From the IMG/VR virus record IMGVR_UViG_3300009514_000435, positions 2,497 through 66,496 of that record: a stretch of 64,000 nucleotides of DNA; one strand, given 5' to 3'. Source of the stretch: a virus. A program made the translations under genes and the position numbers. Of the stretch, positions 28,674-37,890 are shown piece after piece (the first letter of the stretch is position 1; each line of letters opens with the position of its first letter). Under the pieces are notes generated by a model. The model was not told where the DNA came from, did no database searches, and saw only the letters and a list, made by a program, of their open reading frames with translations.

Positions 28674-31106
28674 TTATGAAGAAAACAGATAACTCAAATC
28701 AATTTCAATTTGAGCTATTTCGTTATTTAAAGAATAATTCGTAATATTCCCTTCCGAATCTATCATGGATGTTCTAATAGCTCCCGCTAAATCATTATGT
28801 AATTTAAATGTGAAATTTTTAAAAAATTGTGTTTCTTCCCATGAATTTGCACCAGTATCAACCACACCTGCGGTTGATACTCCATCATAAATATTCTTCA
28901 TTAAAGTCTGATAAAAAGTCTTTTCGTTTATTTTTGTAACCACATAATGAGTCTTATCTTCAAATTGATAAGGACTTGAAGAAGAACTAGTATAAGGGTT
29001 ATTCCAAATACCTTCTGGTGTCGTTCCTGATGTGTTTAATGTTACCGCACTGGTCACTGATTGTTCATATATACCAAGTAAGGCTGAAGTAGACATAGAA
29101 ACAGTATCTCTTGATCTAGCATAACCCGCATTTGTTAAATAATCATAAATCTGTGTATTAACCACACCTTCCAATAATGATTGATTAGAAACATCTGTCG
29201 TTGAAGCAATATCTTGGTCGGCACTCAAAGTTGAAATTAAACGTTCAGGCACAATAGGCTCAAAATATACATTTGAATCTACAACTTCTGTTTCCGTTTG
29301 AATGATATCAGTAATATTAGATTTATCTATTCTCACATTGAAGTCGGCTATTTCATCTAAATATTCGTAAATTTTATTATTAACCGTTTTAGAAACCGCA
29401 CTTCTATCTTCTAGTTTTCCAATAGTAACCCTTCCCTTGAGTTTAAATTTTTGTACAATAGGGGTTATGTAAATATGTTTCACTGTCATTTGTGCTTTGG
29501 AATCCAGTTTATCATACATTTCTGTGATAGGATGTTCAGGGTTTAATGTTCTAAAATCATTAACTCTTTTTACTTCTGGTTGTGGTAATTCTTTTACCAA
29601 CACATTGAAATAAGCCTGTTCTGGATACCCATCAGCCGAAACAACACCTGCGGATGTTTCATTTACCGTTGAAAAATCACTTTCTTCTTCTAAGAAGGCT
29701 TGATGTAATTCCGTATCATTTAAATTTCTAGCAGGTTGATCAATTGGGAATTTATACATAGAACCCAATGGACTAAAAAATGCTATATTGAAAAATCTGA
29801 AATTCGCCAATTGATTTCTACCTGTCACTTCTTCTTGTTCACCCCAAGCTAATGCATTTTTAATTTCTCCACCAGTAGAACCGATTGTTTGTGTTTTCAA
29901 AAAAGCCACATAATCTGCTTTGGTTACCAACCTGTCTAAAGAGAAAAACAATTTAGGAGCATTTAATCTGATAGAATCTATAGACTCTAAATCCGAACCG
30001 TTTACAATGTTCTTAGTAAATTTAAATGAAATATTACTAGTAAGGTCAACATCATCACTATTTTTAAAGGTATTCGGAGAAACAACATCTACACCAATCA
30101 CTCCTGTTTGGTTTGCTATCTTACCTTCTGTTTGGAAATACTGAAGGAATATTTTTTGATCTGCCGTATCTATCCCTTTGGTTGCAAAAATATCATCACC
30201 AAATAAAATATTAATTCCCTCTTGTGGATTAGTTTGAATAAGTGCTCTTTTAGGAATAACAGAATTATCGGGGTTTAGAACAGAAGGATTAATTAATGTT
30301 TTTCTATCAATTGTATATAAAGTATTAAAGGCATCAGTTTGGTTAAGACCAATACCCAATTTTGTTAAATTTTCTGATAAATTCACATCACCTGTTACCT
30401 TATTATAAGCAACATCTTCACTACCATAATAATTACTGAATTTGGGATCATCAATCTTATAAGATTGAAACAAATCTCCTACTTGACTATTAAGAGCACC
30501 TTGTATTGTTGCAACTTCTATTGAACCTTGCATAATTTCTATATCTAACAATAAACTTGGGTCAATGTTTCCGTTGACATCCACTAATACATCTTCATCA
30601 CTAGCCGAAGTCTTAACAGCATATTGAATAATTTTTTCGTAATCAGGATTCCCTACTTGAGCACTATCAGCACTTGTGAACGTGTATGTATAAGAATTTT
30701 TTAATATGAATGGCAAACCTAAAGCAGTATAAGCTGTATTATGTTTTTGAAAGGTGATTGTACTACCTGTTGCAATAGAAGGCAGTGGGCCTTTTAAAAT
30801 AATACTAATTGCGGATTCTGCGGGTATCGGCCTTCTTGGAACATAACCTAAAATTTTAGATAAAGCGATAACCGAACTTTTTAGTCTAGCAGTATCGAAA
30901 TAGTTTTCTTCCGCTACTCTCTCTATGTAATAGTTTGTTAAATCTGTCGTTCCTGCAAACAAATCTAAAATAGTTTGAGAAATCGCTGAATCTCTAAAGT
31001 TTTCAAACCTTGGGTCACGATTTACATAATTTTGGATTTGACTTCTAATAGTATCATAATCCAATGATGTAAAATTAAGTGGGTTTTTCTTTTTTTTGTT
31101 TGCCAT
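28674..31106 (-). CDS. Baseplate wedge subunit gp6-like
   Basis: FTSLDYDTI, ENYFDTARLKSSV..L.KILGYVP, FGD, G.DLESIDSIR.NAP, RLVTKADY, AWGE. Confidence 0.9.
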   Translation of the reverse strand: MANKKKKNPLNFTSLDYDTIRSQIQNYVNRDPRFENFRDSAISQTILDLFAGTTDLTNYYIERVAEENYFDTARLKSSVIALSKILGYVPRRPIPAESAISIILKGPLPSIATGSTITFQKHNTAYTALGLPFILKNSYTYTFTSADSAQVGNPDYEKIIQYAVKTSASDEDVLVDVNGNIDPSLLLDIEIMQGSIEVATIQGALNSQVGDLFQSYKIDDPKFSNYYGSEDVAYNKVTGDVNLSENLTKLGIGLNQTDAFNTLYTIDRKTLINPSVLNPDNSVIPKRALIQTNPQEGINILFGDDIFATKGIDTADQKIFLQYFQTEGKIANQTGVIGVDVVSPNTFKNSDDVDLTSNISFKFTKNIVNGSDLESIDSIRLNAPKLFFSLDRLVTKADYVAFLKTQTIGSTGGEIKNALAWGEQEEVTGRNQLANFRFFNIAFFSPLGSMYKFPIDQPARNLNDTELHQAFLEEESDFSTVNETSAGVVSADGYPEQAYFNVLVKELPQPEVKRVNDFRTLNPEHPITEMYDKLDSKAQMTVKHIYITPIVQKFKLKGRVTIGKLEDRSAVSKTVNNKIYEYLDEIADFNVRIDKSNITDIIQTETEVVDSNVYFEPIVPERLISTLSADQDIASTTDVSNQSLLEGVVNTQIYDYLTNAGYARSRDTVSMSTSALLGIYEQSVTSAVTLNTSGTTPEGIWNNPYTSSSSSPYQFEDKTHYVVTKINEKTFYQTLMKNIYDGVSTAGVVDTGANSWEETQFFKNFTFKLHNDLAGAIRTSMIDSEGNITNYSLNNEIAQIEIDLSYLFSS

Positions 31107-31129
31107 TCATATTTCCTTAAATTTGTAAG

Positions 31130-31137
31130 TATTTATA
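31130..31137 (-). promoter_or_regulatory. T4-type late promoter TATAAATA
   Basis: Exact motif upstream of gp6. Confidence 0.75.
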
Positions 31138-31143
31138 AAAAAA

Positions 31144-31962
31144 TTAAAACTTCAAAATATCATCAATTCCGACACCTTCACTATCAAATTTCGGATTCGC
31201 AAGTCTGTTTCGTAAGTTATTTATTCTAGCCCTTAAATCTGATTCTTTATCTAAGACCGACTGTATCAATTCATCCGCTTTGACACCCCAACCCGTTCCT
31301 TGTCTGGAAATCAATAACTTATTAGAAAAATCTACTTGAGCGTTAATGGAAGACTCAACAAAGTTACAAGTCGCAAACCCGCAATCCAGATACTTATCTA
31401 GACCTTCCATTTGTTTCAGAAAAGGAGTTATCGCATTAAAATATTTTTGTATAGCTTCATCTATTTTATTTATCCCTAATTGTTCTAACAGATCATCTAA
31501 TTCATCTTGAATCTCACTTAAATAATCATCAATGAAACCATCCAAAATCCCCTTTAACGTGAGTTTACACACATAAGTTTCCCATAGATCAAAATCCCCA
31601 TTCCTGATAGCATTTCTAATTGATAAAGGAATCCCTTGTACAAAAACTGGATCATCCCCATTTTCTGGAAAAAGAGAAAGGAAAATAGCTTTACAAGCAA
31701 AGGCAACTCTACAAAAATCCCTACCACCTAGCGGTTCGTTTGGGTCTATTTTGGCTAATTTAAATAACGATAATACTAGTTCTTCTAATATTATTAATCT
31801 ACCTTCTACAAAAGCCAAAACTACCGCTTCTATTCTCTTGATAGTGGCCTTTAAAATTCTCAATGCTAATATCGGTGCAAATAACCCCGAATTAAGTACC
31901 GCCAACAAAGCATCAAATTCCCTTTGTGCCATTTGGCAAAATAATAGTTCTGGCCCTGCCAT
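31144..31962 (-). CDS. Hypothetical helical protein (late, baseplate region)
   Basis: 272-aa ORF with AAGGAG RBS and its own late promoter. Confidence 0.6.
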   Translation of the reverse strand: MAGPELLFCQMAQREFDALLAVLNSGLFAPILALRILKATIKRIEAVVLAFVEGRLIILEELVLSLFKLAKIDPNEPLGGRDFCRVAFACKAIFLSLFPENGDDPVFVQGIPLSIRNAIRNGDFDLWETYVCKLTLKGILDGFIDDYLSEIQDELDDLLEQLGINKIDEAIQKYFNAITPFLKQMEGLDKYLDCGFATCNFVESSINAQVDFSNKLLISRQGTGWGVKADELIQSVLDKESDLRARINNLRNRLANPKFDSEGVGIDDILKF

Positions 31963-31999
31963 TTATTAAACTCCTTTTCAAGTTTTGTCATTATATATG

Positions 32000-32007
32000 T
32001 ATTTATA
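32000..32007 (-). promoter_or_regulatory. T4-type late promoter TATAAATA
   Basis: Exact motif, intergenic. Confidence 0.75.
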
Positions 32008-32053
32008 AAACAGATAGATAGAGGTTTTGGGGAAAAAATGGTATTTTTAAGGG

Positions 32054-32082
32054 TTGACACCTGAGATTTAAAATAATACATT
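32054..32082 (+). promoter_or_regulatory. Sigma70-type promoter TTGACA-N17-TACATT
   Basis: Consensus -35, 17-nt spacer, TAnnnT -10; AAGGAG RBS before ATG 32113. Confidence 0.7.
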
Positions 32083-32112
32083 AGATTTGTAATCTATACC
32101 AAGGAGAAAAAT

Positions 32113-33111
32113 ATGAAATTTTTAATGTCACTTTTGTTTGTGATTTGTATGGTTGGTTGTATTACAAACAATGATGTAGTTAAAAACCGACAAAGCGATA
32201 CCACGTTTATAACAGAAATAGATACGGTTTATGTCTCATATGTAGAAAAAGACACAATCCAAGACACTTTACTGGTAACCAGTACGGACACTTTTAATAT
32301 TTCCGATTCCTTGGTATTCTTTGATTCTATCAAAACTGTGGACACCTTATATGTGAATAAGATTATTACCAATTATGACACGTTGATCATTCTAGACACC
32401 ATCAGAACCATTGATTCTATCATATCTAGTGATAGTATAATCGACTCTGTGTTATACACAGATACCCTAATCGAAACAGACACCGTTGTATCAGTCGATA
32501 CTCTTATTGAACATGATACTATTATTACTGTAATCGTGATGAACGATACCTCTAATTTTTTCATAGATAAAAGAAATTTTAAGGCATATAGATTCGTAAC
32601 AATAGGTAGCCAGAATTGGATGGCAGAAAATTTAAACTATGAACCAAATACGGGATTTTCTTGGTGTTTAAATGATGATATAGATATGTGTAGTCAAAAA
32701 GGAAGACTTTATACATGGGAAACTGCTATAGATAATGGGCATGGAAATGGAAAGGATATTTGCCCTGATAATTGGCATTTACCTACAGATGAAGAGTGGA
32801 AAACCTTAGAAATGGAATTAGGCATGACTCAAACCCAAGCCGACACTTGGGGTTGGAGAAACACAGAGTATGGAAAAAAATTATTAGATGAAAATCTAGG
32901 GGGAACAGATGATTACTTGTTTACTGCTATAGTTTCTGGTTATCGGACTAGTTTAGAAGCCTTTAATTCTAATGGAATACAATGGTGGGTTTCAAACTCT
33001 TATAACGAAATCGAAGCTCATATCAGAGGAATTCCTGTCGCACAAGGAGATATTGTTAGAGGAAAAATTTACAAAAGTTCTGGTCTACCTGTTCGGTGTG
33101 TTCGGAATTAA
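32113..33111 (+). CDS. Lipoprotein with D-[S/T] repeat stalk and Fibrobacter succinogenes major paralogous (FISUMP) domain
   Basis: Signal peptide with MVGC lipobox; FIDKR...VTIGSQNWMAENLNY, GRLYTW, ICPDNWHLPT.EEW, GLPVRCV; only convincing plus-strand gene. Confidence 0.85.
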   Translation: MKFLMSLLFVICMVGCITNNDVVKNRQSDTTFITEIDTVYVSYVEKDTIQDTLLVTSTDTFNISDSLVFFDSIKTVDTLYVNKIITNYDTLIILDTIRTIDSIISSDSIIDSVLYTDTLIETDTVVSVDTLIEHDTIITVIVMNDTSNFFIDKRNFKAYRFVTIGSQNWMAENLNYEPNTGFSWCLNDDIDMCSQKGRLYTWETAIDNGHGNGKDICPDNWHLPTDEEWKTLEMELGMTQTQADTWGWRNTEYGKKLLDENLGGTDDYLFTAIVSGYRTSLEAFNSNGIQWWVSNSYNEIEAHIRGIPVAQGDIVRGKIYKSSGLPVRCVRN

Positions 33112-33539
33112 CCACTTTCTTTTTTAACAACGTCAATCGGTTTCACCTTCTCTAAAGGAGCATAAACCGTTTTAATAATCGGACTCAGTATTTCTATTTC
33201 TAATTCTAGTTTCATATCTAATTCTCCCCCAAAGCCTACTGTGGTTGATATAACAGGTATCCCTGATGTTTGAGACTCACCATCCACTAGTGCGGTAGCC
33301 AAGTCTGTATTAGCTGATGTGACTCCCATAGGCCCATCTGCCGAAAGATTAAAAATGGTATTAGGTGAAGCCGAAACATCAACCGCACTGGTTGTGTCAA
33401 CATAAAATCCGCAATCATGTAATACCGCATTTCCAGAGTTGGCCGTTAATTGTGTTGCCCCACTTGTGATATTTGCGTGTTTTACAAACGCACTAGTGCT
33501 TGAATCATAAACAATATAATAACAGTCAACAAGTGCCAT
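33108..33539 (-). CDS. Hypothetical virion protein (S/T/A-rich)
   Basis: Coupled to the upstream gene; five xSA motifs. Confidence 0.55.
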   Translation of the reverse strand: MALVDCYYIVYDSSTSAFVKHANITSGATQLTANSGNAVLHDCGFYVDTTSAVDVSASPNTIFNLSADGPMGVTSANTDLATALVDGESQTSGIPVISTTVGFGGELDMKLELEIEILSPIIKTVYAPLEKVKPIDVVKKESG

Positions 33540-34162
33540 TAGTTATACACCAAAACCCCTGTGGTTATCCCCGTTGCAGGAGAAACTATTACCCCATTGG
33601 TTGGAATAGGGGGAACCACATTAACATTCAAACCCTGTTGTATGTATTTAGCAATCAAATCCCAATACTTTTCTTTATCTGGTGGCTTGGAACCCATTAC
33701 TTCTAATTCGGCAGGAGTTCCAAAACTCGCCATTGATGGAAACAGAATAGGAACCATCGGAATATCTAACCCAGGAATAACCGATACAAAAGAAGTGGGT
33801 AGTGATTTAAAACTAGCCTGAACCGTACCAGTAAGCATTAAAGCTATCGCCTGAAATATTCTCTGAATCCCCCCATTAGGTAAACCATTTTTAACCAATG
33901 TTTTAAATGTGCTCAGATATGAATCCTTGGAACCTAAAATAACAGAATGAACAGTTGTTACTCCTATCAACGGATCAGGGTTAGGTGGTTTGTTGTGAGT
34001 GCCTACTGTAATTCCAGTAAAAGAATAATCTTCGTTTAAATAGTCATATAAGCCATTCATAACGGCTTCAAGTCCTGCATCAGCATTAGCTTCGAAATCT
34101 TCTTGGACATACTGTACAGCTTCTAATTCTTTGATTATTCTATCTTTTAATAAAACGGACAT
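33539..34162 (-). CDS. Hypothetical protein downstream of the spike gene
   Basis: 207-aa ORF in the baseplate operon. Confidence 0.55.
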   Translation of the reverse strand: MSVLLKDRIIKELEAVQYVQEDFEANADAGLEAVMNGLYDYLNEDYSFTGITVGTHNKPPNPDPLIGVTTVHSVILGSKDSYLSTFKTLVKNGLPNGGIQRIFQAIALMLTGTVQASFKSLPTSFVSVIPGLDIPMVPILFPSMASFGTPAELEVMGSKPPDKEKYWDLIAKYIQQGLNVNVVPPIPTNGVIVSPATGITTGVLVYN

Positions 34163-34179
34163 ATAAACTCATTTTCAAA

Positions 34180-34926
34180 TTACGGTTGAACATTTGCCGA
34201 ACCTGGGGTTTGTGGAAATTGTTTTCCGATAGAATGTGGAGCACCTGTAACTAGACAAGCAGGTAGATTATTAATAGGTTGAGTTGCACCTGCACCACCG
34301 AACTTGAGTAACCCTGTTGTAGATTCTATTGTAATATCTCCCTCTGATTTCAAAGACACATCCCCTTTTACTGTAATATCTAGTTTCCCTTCTTCGACTT
34401 CCGAACCAGTTGAATCTATCTTCAAATTACCCTTACCATCAAAATTCACTAGCAACCCGCTTGCATGGCGGTATTCTGTTTCCAGAGTCACAGTATTGAT
34501 TCTGACATAATCCCCTTTATCTGTTTCAAACATAATTAAGGTATTAGGATAATCTTCTTGGATATCCTGTGGTATTTGTGAAGTGTTCACTACCTTACTA
34601 GTGTAAACGGGGGCATATAAATCATCATTATCGAAATACACCCGAACTAGAGTATCAACAGGGGGCACTACAAAAGAACCCACCTTAGAACCCACAAAAC
34701 CATGTTCAGGGGAAGCCCAAGGCAAATCTTCTACCTTAATAGTATCATTATCAAACACACCAAAAACTCTTATTCTACATCTACCTATTTTGTCTGGATC
34801 ATTATTATCCACCACAATACCAGTATGCATTTGTAATCGACTTTTAGCATGGTTACTTATAAACTCTCTTAATAATTCAGGTATTTCTTTTTCTATATTA
34901 ACCTTATACTTTTCATCCATCTTCAA
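34180..34926 (-). CDS. Baseplate central spike gp5/gpV-like (OB-fold, no lysozyme domain)
   Basis: GIVVDNNDPDKIGRCRIRVFG, LPWA, VPPV...VRVYF, HASG; C-terminal CLVTGAPH. Confidence 0.88.
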   Translation of the reverse strand: MKMDEKYKVNIEKEIPELLREFISNHAKSRLQMHTGIVVDNNDPDKIGRCRIRVFGVFDNDTIKVEDLPWASPEHGFVGSKVGSFVVPPVDTLVRVYFDNDDLYAPVYTSKVVNTSQIPQDIQEDYPNTLIMFETDKGDYVRINTVTLETEYRHASGLLVNFDGKGNLKIDSTGSEVEEGKLDITVKGDVSLKSEGDITIESTTGLLKFGGAGATQPINNLPACLVTGAPHSIGKQFPQTPGSANVQP

Positions 34927-35347
34927 TCTCCATTTTCTTTTTTATCTCAATAGCACAACTTTTACAAAGGGTTAAAAGGTAATTTCGGATTTTAACCGAT
35001 TCTCCCGCCTTGCCACAATTTTCACAAACAGAACCAGATAAATCTTCCATCTTGTGAATGGTTTCATAAATGGCTTTTTCTTTCTTATGATTAGTTGTTC
35101 TAACATAAATTCTTAACAGACCAAATTTCTGTTTAACCTGTATTACATTTAATTGATATTTATCACCTACAATTTTCTCCAATTCTTCAAGGGTTGAATA
35201 CACCAAATCGTACCAACCGTTCCCATGTTCAAATCCAAAGCACATTAAACTTTCAGCAGGGTCAACACATCTTCCTTCAGGAAAGAAGTTTTTAAACCTT
35301 GCAAATAATTGTTCTTCTTTGTCCATATCCATTATTAAGCACCGCAT
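34913..35347 (-). CDS. Conserved phage hypothetical protein
   Basis: GWYDLV..QVKQKFGLLRIY..S..VCENCG..TLC..C motif family. Confidence 0.65.
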   Translation of the reverse strand: MRCLIMDMDKEEQLFARFKNFFPEGRCVDPAESLMCFGFEHGNGWYDLVYSTLEELEKIVGDKYQLNVIQVKQKFGLLRIYVRTTNHKKEKAIYETIHKMEDLSGSVCENCGKAGESVKIRNYLLTLCKSCAIEIKKKMEIEDG

Positions 35348-35355
35348 TATTTATC

Positions 35356-36723
35356 CTAAAGAGAAGGAAAATTCGTTAAAATTTTACTAAACAATTTAGC
35401 TGAAGCAACAGGCTCAGAGCTATTTCTACTTTCAAATTCTTTTTTGTACCCTTTAATATCCATTCCGTTTCGGAACAAAACCAATCGGGTTTCATAAATT
35501 GAATCTTTTTTCGCATTATGAATGATCCCGCCCACCAAATATTTACCAGAATGAACTTCATTCATGTTTGATTCGATAGGTAGTAAAGAAGGCAATTCTA
35601 CGTTTACCAAATCAAAAAGTTTTATATCATCATTTGGTCTAGTCCAAAGCATTAAGTAGGAACTAAAAAAATTATCTCTTAGATATTTATTTTGTGTCAT
35701 GGCCAAATAATAATTTTCATGCACATTAGAATTATCTTGTTTTCCATAATCTATATGTCTTACAATAGTTTCTTTTTCTAGAACAGATTTTTCCTTCAAT
35801 GAATGAATAGTAAGGGGATGTTCATCTGTTGTTATTTTTCTATTAACTTGAGAAGTCAGATCGTAATAACTGAACTCCATCCCATAAGCGGATTTCTTAT
35901 TAACAGAACCGCCCATATTTTTAAAATCCCAGTTATAGAAATAATAAACATTACCATCTTCATCTTTTTCATCTTCCAAATCTTCTTCCACTTCTTCGTC
36001 TTTTTGTTGTTGACTTGTGAGTGTTCCCGATTTGATATTAAACTTAAAAGTCTTTAATTCTTGTTCTTTTTCCAGTTCTTTTTTTAAAGAAGTATAAACC
36101 ATTTTTCCTTTTCGTTCTGTGTATATAAAAGGGGTATCATTATCATTGATGTACGCTCTTTCTAATAGATGTTTTAAAAAATCATAATTAGATTGATCCA
36201 TTTGTATCCAATTCATTTCATCTTTAGGTGTAACTCTTGATTCAAATACCAATCCTTCAAAACCTTCAGATTTTGTCTGAGAAATGATTTCTTCAATCAC
36301 TTCTTGGGAATTTTTAGAACTATATATTTTTCTCTTAATAGGATAAATCATTTCAGGTGCTTTTAACAAAGCGGTTAAAATAATTAAAGATTGTTGTTGT
36401 TTCCCTGGAGCACTGTTTTTAATTTGCCAATCTTGTAGTATAAACGTAGACTTAATCGGCGGTTCTTCTGAAGCAAAGTTGTTAATCTCTATTTCAATTT
36501 CATCATTATCTTGCAACGGAAGTTGATCTGTAAATCTACCGTTATCTGATAAATACAATTCTAATCTTGGTAATTGATCAAATACCCATTCTCTGATAAC
36601 CACATTAACTATAGAATTAAGAACAACATCTGAGCCATTTATAGCACACTTAAAAACAAAAGAAACGTCTGCATTTTCATTTTGTTCATTTAGTTTGGTT
36701 ATTGAACTCTGTTCTGTTGCCAT
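35356..36723 (-). CDS. Baseplate hub protein (gp27/gpD-like)
   Basis: Between gp53 and spike; MNWIQ..QSNYDFL; SGKYLV.GI.H. Confidence 0.65.
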   Translation of the reverse strand: MATEQSSITKLNEQNENADVSFVFKCAINGSDVVLNSIVNVVIREWVFDQLPRLELYLSDNGRFTDQLPLQDNDEIEIEINNFASEEPPIKSTFILQDWQIKNSAPGKQQQSLIILTALLKAPEMIYPIKRKIYSSKNSQEVIEEIISQTKSEGFEGLVFESRVTPKDEMNWIQMDQSNYDFLKHLLERAYINDNDTPFIYTERKGKMVYTSLKKELEKEQELKTFKFNIKSGTLTSQQQKDEEVEEDLEDEKDEDGNVYYFYNWDFKNMGGSVNKKSAYGMEFSYYDLTSQVNRKITTDEHPLTIHSLKEKSVLEKETIVRHIDYGKQDNSNVHENYYLAMTQNKYLRDNFFSSYLMLWTRPNDDIKLFDLVNVELPSLLPIESNMNEVHSGKYLVGGIIHNAKKDSIYETRLVLFRNGMDIKGYKKEFESRNSSEPVASAKLFSKILTNFPSL

Positions 36724-36724
36724 G

Positions 36725-37051
36725 TTATTTATCTAATTTTCTTCTAGTTTTAATGTAAAATTCATCTATATCTGCAATCGCAGGAATTTGAATACTCTGA
36801 CCTTCTGACATATCATTATACAGATCATCAATATTGTTCACCTTGGCGATAATCCACCAATAGTCTATTTTACCTAAAACTCTAAGACTAACTAAATCTA
36901 ATCTTCCAATATGTTCCCTGCGAATAGTGAAATAAGTTTTAGGTCTTTTGAATTTGAAATCATTAAACCCGTTACTCTTTAAATCATTTTCAGTGATATT
37001 GTCTATCTCATTTTGATTATAAAAATTTGTTCTGTTAAATTTTCCTGCCAT
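36725..37051 (-). CDS. Baseplate wedge gp53 / LysM-like protein
   Basis: RLDLVS..VLG...YWWIIAKVNNI.D....G..IQIP. Confidence 0.8.
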   Translation of the reverse strand: MAGKFNRTNFYNQNEIDNITENDLKSNGFNDFKFKRPKTYFTIRREHIGRLDLVSLRVLGKIDYWWIIAKVNNIDDLYNDMSEGQSIQIPAIADIDEFYIKTRRKLDK

Positions 37052-37058
37052 AATAATC

Positions 37059-37880
37059 CTATTTTAAATCAGTCGGTTTAAAATCTGGTGGTATATCTGA
37101 TGCGGGTGTAGAAAGACTTTGCCCATTAATAGTTATATTTGTAGTAGGATTAGTGAAAATAGTATCAACACCATAAGTACCCCCATTTCTAGTAAGGGAT
37201 TGAAGTGATAAAAGATTCACTTTAAAATCACCATACAACGGCCCAGTATGTGTTAATTCCTTAGAATAAGTAACATCAAGACTTTCTATCACCATTCCTC
37301 TACATGTGAAAAAATTACCTATTGTCAATGTAAGTGTTCGGCTACCACTTGCAAATTTTTCTAATCTATTATATACACTGGAACCTGCTTCTGTTATTTT
37401 TTTTTCATCAGCTCCCACATCGACTACATCCGAAACCACACCACCAGCCAAATCAGCAGATTTATCAATAGCATTAACAATAGCACCTTTACTAAAAGAA
37501 TTAGGAACCATCAGATACGACAACGCTTTAGAAGCATTGAGAACTTTATTTCCACCCCCAAATCCCCCTGTCTCGCTTTCTTCATGTTCCCATACTCTAA
37601 ACTCAACAGGCATTTGTAAATTACTTCCACCTTGATAATACTTCTGAGAAAATAAACCAGTTGTCAAACTAGCATCCCCTGTTTTTTGAAGCAACTCTGC
37701 CCCAGGAACTAGTCCAGTAAATAAATCTGCCCATTTTGCTTGTAATTGAAAAGCAAAACCCGATTTCATTTGTCCACTTACAATTGCTTTTGAAGCAGGA
37801 TCGCTTATAGTCACCTTATAAAAACTAGCATTCGTTTGTTTCCCTTTTTTTGTAATAAATGTTCTTTCTACTATTGGCAT
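37059..37880 (-). CDS. Tube-like baseplate protein (gp48-like)
   Basis: Between tape measure and gp53; LTIGNF...MVIESLDVTYS...GPLY. Confidence 0.55.
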   Translation of the reverse strand: MPIVERTFITKKGKQTNASFYKVTISDPASKAIVSGQMKSGFAFQLQAKWADLFTGLVPGAELLQKTGDASLTTGLFSQKYYQGGSNLQMPVEFRVWEHEESETGGFGGGNKVLNASKALSYLMVPNSFSKGAIVNAIDKSADLAGGVVSDVVDVGADEKKITEAGSSVYNRLEKFASGSRTLTLTIGNFFTCRGMVIESLDVTYSKELTHTGPLYGDFKVNLLSLQSLTRNGGTYGVDTIFTNPTTNITINGQSLSTPASDIPPDFKPTDLK

Positions 37881-37890
37881 ATCTTACCCC

